A DNA stretch of 64,000 nucleotides from the NCBI GenBank assembly GCA_032718475.1, contig JAUCBJ010009126.1:3419-67418 (forward strand), given 5' to 3'. Each line of letters starts with the position of its first letter. Positions within the stretch are counted from its first letter, which is position 1. Source of the DNA: Nemertoderma westbladi (taxonomy: Eukaryota > Animalia > Xenacoelomorpha). Below are positions 37,801 to 52,376 of the stretch, one piece after another. The position numbers and the translations under genes were made by a program. Below the pieces are notes generated by a model. It was given only the letters and a program-made list of their open reading frames with translations, did no database searches and was not told the DNA's origin.

Positions 37801-40800
37801 TTGTTTACTGGAGTGCATCCTAAATCTCTGTACAGCTTACATTCCCTCATTGTTTACTGGAGTGCATCCTAAATCTCTGTACAACTTACATTCCCGCATT
37901 GTTTCCTGGAGTGCATCCTATCTCTCCGTACAGCTTACATTCCCACATTGTTTACTGGAGTGCATCCTAAATCTCTGTACAACTTACATTCCCGCATTGT
38001 TTCCTGGAGTGCATCCTATCTCTCCGTACAGCTTACATTCCCGCATTGTTTCCTGGAGTGCATCCTATCTCTCCGTACAGCTTACATTCCCACATTGTTT
38101 CCTGGAGTGCATCCTAACTCTCTGTACAGCTTACATTCCCGCATTGTTTCCTGGAGTGCATCCTATCTCTCCGTACAGCTTACATTCCCTCATTGTTTAC
38201 TGGAGTGCATCCTAACTCTCTGTACAGCTTACATTCCCACATTGTTTCCTGGAGTGCATCCTAACTCTCTGTACAGCTTACATTCCCACATTGTTTCCTG
38301 GAGTGCATCCTAACTCTCTGTACAGCTTACATTCCCGCATTGTTTCCTGGAGTGCATCCTATCTCTCCGTACAGCTTACATTCCCTCATTGTTTACTGGA
38401 GTGCATCCTATCTCTCCGTACAGCTTACATTCCCTCATTGTTTACTGGAGTGCATCCTAAATCTCTGTACAACTTACATTCCCGCATTGTTTCCTGGAGT
38501 GCATCCTATCTCTCCGTACAGCTTACATTCCCACATTGTTTACTGGAGTGCATCCTAAATCTCTGTACAACTTACATTCCCGCATTGTTTCCTGGAGTGC
38601 ATCCTATCTCTCCGTACAGCTTACATTCCCACATTGTTTCCTGGAGTGCATCCTAACTCTCTGTACAGCTTACATTCCCGCATTGTTTCCTGGAGTGCAT
38701 CCTATCTCTCCGTACAGCTTACATTCCCTCATTGTTTACTGGAGTGCATCCTAACTCTCTGTACAGCTTACATTCCCGTATTGTTCACTGGAGTGCATCC
38801 TAACTCTCTGTACAGCTTACATTCCCGTATTGTTTCCTGGAGTGCATCCTAACTCTCTGTACAGCTTACATTCCCTCATTGTTTACTGGAGTGCATCCTA
38901 ACTCTCTGTACAGCTTACATTCCCGCATTGTTTACTGGAGTGCATCCTAACTCTCTGTACAGCTTACATTCCCTCATTGTTTACTGGAGTGCATCCTAAC
39001 TCTCCGTACAGCTTACATTCCCGTATTGTTTCCTGGAGTGCATCCTAACTCTCTGTACAGCTTACATTCCCTCATTGTTTACTGGAGTGCATCCTAACTC
39101 TCTGTACAGCTTACATTCCCTCATTGTTTACTGGAGTGCATCCTAACTCTCTGTACAGCTTACATTCCCGCATTGTTTCCTGGAGTGCATCCTATCTCTC
39201 CGTACAGCTTACATTCCCTCATTGTTTACTGGAGTGCATCCTAACTCTCTGTACAGCTTACATTCCCTCATTGTTTACTGGAGTGCATCCTAACTCTCTG
39301 TACAGCTTACATTCCCGTATTGTTTCCTGGAGTGCATCCTATCTCTCCGTACAGCTTACATTCCCTCATTGTTTACTGGAGTGCATCCTAACTCTCTGTA
39401 CAGCTTACATTCCCTCATTGTTTACTGGAGTGCATCCTAACTCTCTGTACAGCTTACATTCCCTCATTGTTTACTGGAGTGCATCCTAACTCTCTGTACA
39501 GCTTACATTCCCGCATTGTTTACTGGAGTGCATCCTAACTCTCTGTACAGCTTACATTCCCACATTGTTTACTGGAGTGCATCCTAACTCTCTGTACAGC
39601 TTACATTCCCGCATTGATAACTCTCTGTACAGCTTACATTCCCGCATTGATAACTCTCTGTACAGCTTACATTCCCTCATTGTTTACTGGAGTGCATCCT
39701 AACTCTCCGTACAGCTTACATTCCCGCATTGATAACTCTCTGTACAGCTTACATTCCCGCATTGATAACTCTCTGTACAGCTTACATTCCCTCATTGTTT
39801 ACTGGAGTGCATCCTAACTCTCCGTACAGCTTACATTCCCGCATTGATAACTCTCTGTACAGCTTACATTCCCTCATTGTTTACTGGAGTGCATCCTAAC
39901 TCTCCGTACAGCTTACATTCCCTCATTGTTTACTGGAGTGCATCCTAACTCTCCGTACAGCTTACATTCCCACATTGTTTACTGGAGTGCATCCTAACTC
40001 TCTGTACAGCTTACATTCCCTCATTGTTTACTGGAGTGCATCCTAACCCTCTGTACAGCTTACATTCCCGCATTGTTTCCTGGAGTGCATCCTATCTCTC
40101 CGTACAGCTTACATTCCCTCATTGTTTACTGGAGTGCATCCTAACTCTCTGTACAGCTTACATTCCCTCATTGTTTACTGGAGTGCATCCTAACTCTCTG
40201 TACAGCTTACATTCCCTCATTGTTTACTGGAGTGCATCCTAACTCTCTGTACAGCTTACATTCCCGCATTGTTTACTGGAGTGCATCCTAACTCTCTGTA
40301 CAGCTTACATTCCCACATTGTTTACTGGAGTGCATCCTAACTCTCTGTACAGCTTACATTCCCGCATTGATAACTCTCTGTACAGCTTACATTCCCTCAT
40401 TGTTTACTGGAGTGCATCCTAACTCTCCGTACAGCTTACATTCCCTCATTGTTTACTGGAGTGCATCCTATCTCTCCGTACAGCTTACATTCCCGCATTG
40501 ATAACTCTCTGTACAGCTTACATTCCCGCATTGATAACTCTCTGTACAGCTTACATTCCCTCATTGTTTACTGGAGTGCATCCTAACTCTCCGTACAGCT
40601 TACATTCCCGCATTGATAACTCTCTGTACAGCTTACATTCCCGCATTGATAACTCTCTGTACAGCTTACATTCCCTCATTGTTTACTGGAGTGCATCCTA
40701 ACTCTCCGTACAGCTTACATTCCCGCATTGATAACTCTCTGTACAGCTTACATTCCCTCATTGTTTACTGGAGTGCATCCTAACTCTCCGTACAGCTTAC

Positions 40801-43800
40801 ATTCCCTCATTGTTTACTGGAGTGCATCCTAACTCTCCGTACAGCTTACATTCCCACATTGTTTCCTGGAGTGCATCCTATCTCTCCGTACAGCTTACAT
40901 TCCCACATTGTTTCCTGGAGTGCATCCTATCTCTCCGTACAGCTTACATTCCCTCATTGTTTACTGGAGTGCATCCTAACTCTCTGTACAGCTTACATTA
41001 CCGCATTGTTTCCTGGAGTGCATCCTAACTCTCTGTACAACTTACATTCCCACATTGTTTCCTGGAGTGCATCCTATCTCTCCGTACAGCTTACATTCCC
41101 TCATTGTTTCCTGGAGTGCATCCTAACTCTCTGTACAGCTTACATTCCCACATAGTTTACTGGAGTGCATCCTAACTCTCTGTACAGCTTACATTCCCTC
41201 ATTGTTTACTGGAGTGCATCCTAACTCTCTGTACAACTTACATTCCCACATTGTTTCCTGGAGTGCATCCTATCTCTCCGTACAGCTTACATTCCCGCAT
41301 TGATAACTCTCTGTACAACTTACATTCCCACATTGTTTACTGGAGTGCATCCTAACTCTCCGTACAGCTTACATTCCCTCATTGTTTACTGGAGTGCATC
41401 CTATCTCTCCGTACAGCTTACATTCCCACATTGTTTCCTGGAGTGCATCCTAACTCTCTGTACAACTTACATTCCCACATTGTTTCCTGGAGTGCATCCT
41501 ATCTCTCCGTACAGCTTACATTCCCTCATTGTTTCCTGGAGTGCATCCTAACTCTCTGTACAGCTTACATTCCCACATAGTTTACTGGAGTGCATCCTAA
41601 CTCTCTGTACAGCTTACATTCCCTCATTGTTTACTGGAGTGCATCCTAACTCTCTGTACAACTTACATTCCCACATTGTTTCCTGGAGTGCATCCTATCT
41701 CTCCGTACAGCTTACATTCCCTCATTGTTTCCTGGAGTGCATCCTAACTCTCTGTACAGCTTACATTCCCTCATTGTTTACTGGAGTGCATCCTAACTCT
41801 CTGTACAGCTTACATTCCCTCATTGTTTACTGGAGTGCATCCTAACTCTCCGTACAGCTTACATTCCCTCATTGTTTCCTGGAGTGCATCCTAACTCTCT
41901 GTACAGCTTACATTCCCGCATTGTTTCCTGGAGTGCATCCTAACTCTCTGTACAGCTTACATTCCCTCATTGTTTACTGGAGTGCATCCTAACTCTCCGT
42001 ACAGCTTACATTCCCTCATTGTTTCCTGGAGTGCATCCTAACTCTCTGTACAGCTTACATTCCCTCATTGTTTACTGGAGTGCATCCTAACTCTCTGTAC
42101 AGCTTACATTCCCTCATTGTTTACTGGAGTGCATCCTAACTCTCCGTACAGCTTACATTCCCTCATTGTTTCCTGGAGTGCATCCTAACTCTCTGTACAG
42201 CTTACATTCCCGCATTGTTTCCTGGAGTGCATCCTAACTCTCTGTACAGCTTACATTCCCTCATTGTTTACTGGAGTGCATCCTAACTCTCCGTACAGCT
42301 TACATTCCCTCATTGTTTCCTGGAGTGCATCCTAACTCTCTGTACAGCTTACATTCCCGCATTGTTTCCTGGAGTGCATCCTAACTCTCTGTACAGCTTA
42401 CATTCCCTCATTGTTTACTGGAGTGCATCCTAACTCTCCGTACAGCTTACATTCCCTCATTGTTTCCTGGAGTGCATCCTAACTCTCTGTACAGCTTACA
42501 TTCCCGCATTGTTTCCTGGAGTGCATCCTAACTCTCTGTACAGCTTACATTCCCTCATTGTTTACTGGAGTGCATCCTAACTCTCCGTACAGCTTACATT
42601 CCCTCATTGTTTACTGGAGTGCATCCTAACTCTCCGTACAGCTTACATTCCCTCATTGTTTCCTGGAGTGCATCCTAACTCTCCGTACAGCTTACATTCC
42701 CTCATTGTTTCCTGGAGTGCATCCTAACTCTCTGTACAGCTTACATTACCGCATTGTTTCCTGGAGTGCATCCTAAATCTCTGTACAGCTTACATTCCCA
42801 CATTGTTTCCTGGAGTGCATCCTAACTCTCCGTACAGCTTACATTCCCTCATTGTTTACTGGAGTGCATCCTAACTCTCCGTACAGCTTACATTCCCACA
42901 TTGTTTCCTGGAGTGCATCCTATCTCTCCGTACAGCTTACATTCCCACATTGTTTCCTGGAGTGCATCCTATCTCTCCGTACAGCTTACATTCCCACATT
43001 GTTTCCTGGAGTGCATCCTATCTCTCCGTACAGCTTACATTCCCACATTGTTTCCTGGAGTGCATCCTATCTCTCCGTACAGCTTACATTCCCGCATTGT
43101 TTCCTGGAGTGCATCCTAACTCTCTGTACAGCTTACATTACCGCATTGTTTCCTGGAGTGCATCCTAACTCTCCGTACAACTTACATTCCCACATTGTTT
43201 CCTGGAGTGCATCCTAACTCTCTATACAGCTTACATTCCCGCATTGTTTCCTGGAGTGCATCCTAACTCTCTGTACAGCTTACATTCCCGCATTGTTTAC
43301 TGGAGTGCATCCTACCTCTCTGTACAGCTTACATTCCCGCATTGATAACTCTCTGTACAACTTACATTCCCGCATTGTTTCCTGGAGTGCATCCTAACTC
43401 TCTGTACAGCTTACATTCCCACATTGTTTACTGGAGTGCATCCTAAATCTCTGTACAGCTTACATTCCCGCATTGATAACTCTCTGTACAACTTACATTC
43501 CCGCATTGTTTCCTGGAGTGCATCCTATCTCTCCGTACAGCTTACATTCCCACATTGTTTCCTGGAGTGCATCCTAACTCTCCGTACAGCTTACATTCCC
43601 TCATTGTTTACTGGAGTGCATCCTAACTCTCTGTACAGCTTACATTACCGCATTGTTTCCTGGAGTGCATCCTAACTCTCCGTACAACTTACATTCCCAC
43701 ATTGTTTCCTGGAGTGCATCCTAACTCTCTATACAGCTTACATTCCCGCATTGTTTCCTGGAGTGCATCCTAACTCTCTGTACAGCTTACATTCCCGCAT

Positions 43801-46800
43801 TGATATCTCTCTGTACAGCTTACATTCCCGCATTGTTTCCTGGAGTGCATCCTAACTCTCTGTACAGCTTACATTCCCGCATTGTTTCCTGGAGTCCATC
43901 CTAACTCTCTGTACAGCTTACATTCCCGTATTGTTTACTGGAGTGCATCATAACTCTCTGTACAGCTTACATTCCCGCATTGTTTCCTGGAGTGCATCCT
44001 AACTCTCTGCACAGCTTACATTCCCGTATTGTTTCCTGGAGTGCATCCTAACTCTCTGTACAGCTTACATTCCCGCATTGTTTACAGGAGTGCATCCTAA
44101 CTCTCTGTACAGCTTACATTCCCGTATTGTTTCCTGGAGTGCATCCTAACTCTCTGTACAGCTTACATTCCCGTATTGTTTCCTGGAGTGCATCCTAACT
44201 CTCTGTACAGCTTACATTCCCGCATTGTTTACAGGAGTGCATCCTAACTCTCTGTACAGCTTACATTCCCGCATTGATAACTCTCTGTACAGCTTACATT
44301 GCCGCATTGTTTCCTGGAGTGCATCCTAACTCTCCGTACAGCTTACATTCCCGTATTGTTTACTGGAGTGCATCCTAACTCTCTGTACAGCTTACATTAC
44401 CGCATTGTTTCCTGGAGTGCATCCTAACTCTCTGTACAGCTTACATTCCCGCATTGTTTACTGGAGTGCATCCTAACTCTCTGTACAGCTTACATTCCCG
44501 CATTGTTTCCTGGAGTGCATCCTAACTCTCTGTACAGCTTACATTCCCGCATTGTTTACTGGAGTGCATCCTAACTCTCTGTACAGCTTACATTCCCGCT
44601 TTGTTTACTGGAGTGCATCCTAACTCTCTGTAGAGCTTACATTCCCGCATTGTTCTCAGGAGTGCATCCTAACTATCTGTACAGCTTACATTCCCGCATT
44701 GATAACTCTCTGTACAGCTTACATTGCCGCATTGTTTCCTGGAGTGCATCCTAACTCTCCGTACAGCTTACATTCCCGTATTGTTCACTGGAGTGCATCC
44801 TAACTCTCTGTACAGCTTACATTCCCGCATTGTTTCCTGGAGTGCATCCTAACTCTTTGTACAGCTTACATTCCCGCATTGTTTCCTGGAGTGCATCCTA
44901 ACTCTCTGTACAGCTTACATTCCCGTATTGATAACTCTCTGTACAGCTTACATTCCCGCATTGTTTCCTGGAGTGCATCCTAACTCTCTGTACAGCTTAC
45001 ATTCCCGTATTGTTTACTGGAGTGCATCCTAACTCTCTGTACAGCTTACATTCCCGCAATGTTTCCTGGAGTGGTTCCTAACTCTCTGTACAGCTTACAT
45101 TCCCGCATTATTTCCTGGAGTGCATCCTAACTCTCTGTACAGCTTACATTCCCGCTTTGTTTACTGGAGTGCATCCTAACTCTCTGTACAGCTTACATTC
45201 CCGCATTGTTTACTGGAGTGCATCCTAACTCTCTGTACAGCTTACATTACCACATTGTTTCCTGGAGTGCATTCTAACTCTCTATACAACTTACATTCCC
45301 GCATTGTTTACTGGAGTGCATTCTATCTCTCTGTACAGCTTACATTCCCGCATTGTTTACTGGAGTGCATCCTAACTCTCTGTACAGCTTACATTCCCGC
45401 TTTGTTTACTGGAGTGCATCCTAACTCTCTGTAGAGCTTACATTCCCGCATTGTTCTCAGGAGTGCATCCTAACTATCTGTACAGCTTACATTCCCGCAT
45501 TGATAACTCTCTGTACAGCTTACATTGCCGCATTGTTTCCTGGAGTGCATCCTAACTCTCCGTACAGCTTACATTCCCGTATTGTTCACTGGAGTGCATC
45601 CTAACTCTCTGTACAGCTTACATTCCCGCATTGTTTCCTGGAGTGCATCCTAACTCTTTGTACAGCTTACATTCCCGCATTGTTTCCTGGAGTGCATCCT
45701 AACTCTCTGTACAGCTTACATTCCCGCATTGATAACTCTCTGTACAGCTTACATTCCCGCATTGTTTCCTGGAGTGCATCCTAACTCTCTGTACAGCTTA
45801 CATTCCCGTATTGTTTACTGGAGTGCATCCTAACTCTCTGTACAGCTTACATTCCCGCAATGTTTCCTGGAGTGGTTCCTAACTCTCTGTACAGCTTACA
45901 TTCCCGCATTATTTCCTGGAGTGCATCCTAACTCTCCGTACAGCTTACATTCCCGTATTGTTTACTGGAGTGCATCCTAACTCTCTGTACAGCTTACATT
46001 CCCGCATTGTTTACTGGAGTGCATCCTAACTCTCTGTACAGCTTACATTCCCGCATTGTTTACTGGAGTGCATAACTCTCTGTACAGCTTACATTCCCAC
46101 ATAGTTTACTGGAGTGCATCCTAACTCTCTGTACAGCTTACATTCCCGCATTGTTTACTGGAGTGCATCCTAACTCTCTGTACAGCTTACATTCCCGCAT
46201 TGATAACTCTCTGTACAGCTTACATTCCCGCATTGTTTACTGGAGTGCATCCTAACTCTCTGTACAGCTTACATTCCCGCATTATTTACTGGAGTGCATC
46301 CTAACTCTCTGTACAGCTTACATTCCCGCATTATTTACTGGAGTGCATCCTAACTCTCTGTACAGCTTACATTCCCGCATTGATAACTCTCTGTACAGCT
46401 TACATTCCCGCATTGTTTACTGGAGTGCATCCTAACTCTCTGTACAGCTTACATTCCCGCTTTGTTTACTGGAGTGCATCCTAACTCTCTGTACAGCTTA
46501 CATTCCCGCATTGATAACTCTCTGTACAGCTTACATTCCCGCATTGTTTACTGGAGTGCATCCTAACTCTCTGTACAGCTTACATTCCCGCATTATTTAC
46601 TGGAGTGCATCCTAACTCTCTGTACAGCTTACATTCCCGCATTGTTTACTGGAGTGCATCCTAACTCTCTGTACAGCTTACATTCCCGCATTGATAACTC
46701 TCTGTACAGCTTACATTCCCGCATTGTTTACTGGAGTGCATCCTAACTCTCTGTACAGCTTACATTCCCGCATTATTTACTGGAGTGCATCCTAACTCTC

Positions 46801-47488
46801 TGTACAGCTTACATTCCCGCATTGTTTACTGGAGTGCATCCTAACTCTCTGTACAGCTTACATTCCCGCATTGATAACTCTCTGTACAGCTTACATTCCC
46901 GCATTGTTTACTGGAGTGCATAACTCTCTGTACAGCTTACATTCCCACATAGTTTACTGGAGTGCATCCTAACTCTCTGTACAGCTTACATTCCCGCATT
47001 GTTTACTGGAGTGCATCCTAACTCTCTGTACAGCTTACATTCCCGTATTGTTTCCTGGAGTGCATCCTAACTCTCTGTACAGCTTACATTCCCGCATTGT
47101 TTACTGGAGTGCATCCTAACTCTCTGTACAGCTTACATTCCCGCATTGATAACTCTCTGTACAGCTTACATTCCCGCATTGTTTACTGGAGTGCATAACT
47201 CTCTGTACAGCTTACATTCCCGCATTGATAACTCTCTGTACAGCTTACATTCCCGCATTGTTTACTGGAGTGCATCCTAACTCTCTGTACAGCTTACATT
47301 CCCGCATTGATAACTCTCTGTACAGCTTACATTCCCGCATTGTTTACTGGAGTGCATCCTAACTCTCTGTACAGCTTACATTCCCGCATTGTTTACTGGA
47401 GTGCATCCTAACTCTCTGTACAGCTTACATTCCCGCATTGTTTACTGGAGTGCATCCTAACTCTCTGTACAGCTTACATTCCCGCACT
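34878..47488. repeat. 49-bp satellite with interspersed 33-bp variant, ~12.6 kb
   Basis: Unit ttgttt(a/c)ctggagtgcatcctaactctctgtacagcttacattcccgca; short unit ttgataactctctgtacagcttacattcccgca. Confidence 0.99.
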
Positions 47489-48018
47489 GATAATTCCAAA
47501 AATTTTTATTTTTGTCGTCGGGATTCTGATATGTGCAAGAATTACCTCCATTTTTGTAAATAATTATAATTATTTGTTGGTTAATCCCGTTTATGTGTAC
47601 GTTTAATGGACCGCTTACTTATATAATACATCAACCTATGTTTTTTACTGTGCTTAATTAATTACTCAAATCATAGTAAAATAAACACAAAAGTAATAGC
47701 GTTAAAAACTTGTATAAGTTACAGTGCAAGTTAATATAAATTGAATATAAATTTGTTGTAAAATCTACTCGATTTGCATATGGAGACGAGACGAATAGAG
47801 CGACTGTTGAGAGGTATCCTAGGAAATTACAGTAGCTACACTTTTTCGCTGCAGGTTTAAGAGTGTTAATTAATTTATTATTATTTCAATACCCATATTA
47901 CTACATCGGCATAAGATGCGTTGGCGTTGTATCACACATCTCCACATAACACACATCTCCACATAGATGTATCAGTTACTCGTACAGTTTCGAAACTTCT
48001 CAAAGTTATAACTGTATA

Positions 48019-48617
48019 AAGGTCGTCAGTCTGCGTTTAGGAAAACTATTTTATGACAAAACAGGACGAGCGACGAGTGCAACGAGGCATATAATGAAGA
48101 CGAGTACTGCGTAGACTATATTCCTATAAACCATACCTGGCTTCGCCTACTGAACGCATCGGTAGTTATAGAGATCGTCAGTCTGAGTTTAGGAAATATA
48201 TTTAAATACAAAACAGGACGAACGCAACGAGGCTTATAATGAAGACGAGTACTGCGTTGCGTTGACTATATTATTATATAAACCACCTGACTTCACATAT
48301 TGAACGCATCCCTAGTTATCATTATTATAAAGATCGTCAGTCTGAGTTTAGGAAATATATTTAAATACAAAACAGGACGAACGCAACGAGGCTTATAATG
48401 AAGACGAGTACTGCGTTGCGCTGACTACATTATTATATAAACCACCTGGATTCACATATTGAACGCATCCCTAGTTATTATTATTATAAAGATCGTCAGC
48501 CTGCGTTTAAGAAATATATTTTAATACAAAACAGGTCGAACGCAATGAGGCTTATAATGAAGACGAGTACTGCATTGATTATATTCCTATAAACCACCTG
48601 GCTTTGCATATTGAACG
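48019..48617. repeat. ~155-160-bp tandem repeat, ~4 diverged copies
   Basis: agatcgtcagtctgagtttaggaaat...ataatgaagacgagtactgcg...ttgaacgcatc at ~48020, 48172, 48331 and 48490. Confidence 0.92.
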
Positions 48618-49084
48618 TGCGATTGAAAATAAGTTCGTGCTACCCTTCCGTAGGTGGTAGGTGTCCCGGTTATCTATTGGTGGGTGGGAAGGGAGGGGGG
48701 GGGAGTTCAGATTAAAAGGGCTGAACACGTACTACGTACTGTCCCCCTTTCTTTGATTGATTGGCGGTGTGGGTGAATTTCTCAAATACTGATTTTGTTA
48801 TACAGTCGCTCAATTTTAATTTGTATCTCATAACTGGGCCCCGTACTGCGCAAAGGCCCCACGATCGTGTTTGTATGTTATTGTGAAATACTTCAAATTT
48901 CAATGAATAATTATTATCAATCAGTATAACACAGCTCGGCATTTTCATTCAGTTAAAGTCATGGGCCAAAATGTCCAGACCGAATCGTCCGGGCCTAAAC
49001 GTCTGTATACCGGGGGGGGGGGGGGGGGGGGGGGGGTCAAATGTCCCTCTTGCCAATTTATGTATTCACAACTTGTTTGACCCG

Positions 49085-50510
49085 TTCACCTTGTGGCTCC
49101 ATTCACACCTTTGTTCTCCGTCCCCCACCTTTTCACATTGTGGTTCCATTCACACCTTTGTTCTCCGTCCCCCACCCTTTCACCTTGTGGTTCCATTCAC
49201 ACCTTTGTTCTCCGTCCCCCACCCTTTCACCTTGTGGTTCCATTCACACCTCTATTCTCCGTACCCCACCCTTTCACCTTGTGGTTCCATTCACTCCTTT
49301 GTTCCCCGTCCCCCACCCTTTCACCTTGTGGCTCCATTCACACCTTTGTTCTCTGTCCCCCACCTTTTCACATTGTGGTTCCATTCACACCTTTGTTCTC
49401 CGTCCCCCACCCTTTCACCTTGTGGTTCCATTCACACCTCTATTCTCCGTACCCCACCCTTTCACCTTGTGGTTCCATTCACACCTTTGTTCTCCGTCCC
49501 CCACCCTTTCACCTTGTGGTTCCATTCACACCTCTATTCTCCGTACCCCACCCTTTCACCTTCTGGCTCCACTCAAACCTGTTTTCTCCGTCCCCCCCCC
49601 TTTCACCTTGTGGTTCCATTCACTCCTTTGTTCTCCGTCCCCCACCCTTTCACCTTGTGGTTCCATTCACTCCTTTGTTCCCCGACCCCCACCCTTTCAG
49701 CTTGAGGTTCCATTCACACCTTTGTTCCCCGTCCCCCACCCTTTCACCTTGAGGTTCCATTCACAACTTTCCCCACCCTTTCACCTTCTGGCTCCATTCA
49801 AACCTATTTTCTCCATCCCCCACCCTTTCACCTTGTGCTTCCATTCACACCTTTGTTATCCGTCCCCCACCCTTTCACCTCCTGGTTCCATTCACACCTT
49901 TGTTATCCGCCCCCCCTTTCACCTTCTGGCTCCATTCACACCTTTGGTATCCGTCCCCCACCCTTTCACCTTGAGGTTCCATTCATACCTTTGTTATCCG
50001 TCCCCCCCTTTCACCTTGTGGTTCCATTCACACCTTTATTCTCCGTACCCCACCCTTTCACCTTGTGGTTCCATTCACTCCTTTGTTCCCCGTCCCCCAC
50101 CCTTTCAGCTTGAGGTTCCATTCACTCCTTTGTTCCCCGTACCCCACCCTTTCAGCTTGAGGTTCCATTCACACCTTTGTTATCCGTCCCCCGCCCTTTC
50201 ACCTTCTGGCTTCATTCACACCTTTGTTCTCCGTCCCCCACCCTTTCACCTTGTGCTTCCATTCACACCTTTGTTATCCGTCCCCCACCCTTTCACCTCC
50301 TGGTTCCATTCACACCTTTGTTATCCGCCCCCCCTTTCACCTTCTGGCTCCATTCACACCTTTGTTATCCGTCCCCCTCTTTCACCTTCTGGCTCCATTC
50401 ACACCTTTGTTATCCGTCCCCCTCTTTCACCTTCTGGTTCCATTCACACCTTTGTTATCCGTCCCCCATCCTTTCACCTTCTGGCTCCATTCACATGTTT
50501 GTTCTCTGTC
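49085..50510. repeat. ~47-bp pyrimidine-rich tandem array, ~30 copies
   Basis: Unit ttcaccttgtggttccattcacacctttgttctccgtcccccaccct. A G25 tract at 49012-49036 lies just upstream. Confidence 0.96.
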
Positions 50511-51696
50511 ATTTTAAATGTTGGCACGGGGTGACTCCCCAGTGAATCCTATGGGGAATATGGGGTTTGTAAATTTTCCAAGTTGAATTTGCGTGGGGTC
50601 TTCGTGCAGCATCTGTGTAACTGTCTTGCAGTTATAATAAATTATTTACCCAAAAATTATTAGGCTTGGCATCAGCTGGTTGCTAGGAGACTGCAGGATA
50701 CATCAGGGGGGTTTGAAATTCAGCAATACCAGTACAATGCAGCAATTAATAATGTGGCCTTGCTGCCTTGGAAAGTGTGGTAGGCCTATTTCACTTTCTT
50801 CAGCCATTCCAGATTGCAGAGTTCAGAGTATTCAGTTATTCGCGACTATCATGTACCGGTACTCAAACAACTCCCCACCAAGGCCACCGCCTCGGTATGT
50901 CGCAGTGTCGTTGGCGACCTCGACTTTTGGTATCTTTACTGCGCTAGCGCTACGGGCAAACTGGACTAACCGATGAGCGAAACCCGAGGACTGAAGAATG
51001 CATTGAATTTTTTGAGTAGTTTGACTGTGGACTTCTAATGACATCGATGCCAAGCTGCCAATGCGAAAGTTTTTTTTTTAAGTAATTGTTTGGTTAAATT
51101 TTCTTAATTATTTATTTAAATTTCTTAAGTAGGGCCTACCGATTTTGGGATAGAATTGCTCAATTTTAATCTGTATCTAATAACTGACCCTCGTCCTGCG
51201 CGATGGTCCCACGAACGCGTACTACTGTACACTACATAGGAAGGATCTGTTTTAGGTTACTACTAGATGTACTGTTTGAAAGTAAATCAGGAGAATGATT
51301 TTTTGTTATAGTTACCTGTTGGCTTTAGGAAAGGAAATATTTATTGTTGTTCTGAGGGCCTACTATAGAGGGCCCACAAACCTAGAAGTACTTTGTTTGC
51401 CAAATTCACTAAAGATACACTTCACATAACAAAACAGATGTACACTTTAGCTTTAAGATGGCCATTTTCATCTGTGCACTATAATCCACGTTAGCATAAC
51501 AATGGGCAATACTGTCTGTTTATTAACCTGTTTGTCTATGGACGGTTTTCTTATAGCCAGCTGGCTGGCTTTCTAGTAAAATAAAGTCAATTTATGCTCT
51601 CATATAATTAATACGTTATGTAATTATTACAACAAAATACCGGAAGCGAACATGATTTATAATGATAACAAAACTGTACAACGTTCTGCACAATAG

Positions 51697-52367
51697 TTAT
51701 TTTTGTCCACCGTGTGGCAAAGATTCGGTACTTAAGATATCGACCTCGCCTTTGTAGCTTGGCTCATTCACTTTCACTTGGAATATGTAACTCATAATTG
51801 GTACGTCCCCGCTTCTTAAAGGGTTTATTTGCTTGCGTTGCAACTGAACCCAATTGCCATTAGCAACGTGAATCGCAAGATGTTTCTCCAATGTGCCCTG
51901 GGCCGTCATCTTCACCAAGTCGAGTGTTGGAGACACTATGGAGACGCAACCACCTGGCTTGGTTATCCCAATGATTAGAGGCAACCCCTTCCAGTCGATG
52001 CAACCATAGAGGAAGGACGCGCTCAACGACACGATGTCGTAAGTGTTCGCCTCGATATCTTTGTAGTCGCTATCGTAAACCCATTCTTGGCCAACATGAA
52101 GCCAACGCAACCTGGGCCACAACCCAAATCAAGAACTTTTAAATCATCCTTATTCTCTTTATTTTGCTGAGTTTTTTCATGTTTATGTTTAACCAACTCT
52201 AATATATAGAGGATATTCTTTGCCGACTCTGTAGCGAATTCGTTGTCGTTCTCACCTTTATCGTAACCATCCGACAGACGAGTGTAGATATCTAGGGCGG
52301 CGTCCCTATCAATCCCAACCAAACAGGACCATCCCTCATCTCTCAATTGGTTCCTTTCCTCTACCAT
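51697..52367 (-). pseudogene. Class I SAM-dependent methyltransferase pseudogene (METTL27/WBSCR27-like), internally deleted and frameshifted
   Basis: ORF 52023-52367 has Y..LS..YD and motif I KVLDLGCGPGCVG..L...GF. ORF 51697-52122 carries the C-terminal NTYDIV and TKPGG.V motifs in another frame. The intervening motif II region is absent near 52070. Confidence 0.75.
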
Positions 52368-52376
52368 TCTTTATAA

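Noticed and set aside
35413-43675. Dozens of short ORFs in the 49-bp satellite
   Set aside because: The unit length is not a multiple of 3. ORFs appear only where variants remove a TAA.
48971-50545. Pro/Phe/His-rich ORFs
   Set aside because: Translation of a pyrimidine-rich 47-bp array and a poly-G tract.
50664-51056. 10-bp inverted pair gcttggcatc/gatgccaagc as MITE ends
   Set aside because: Too short, and no TSD is evident.
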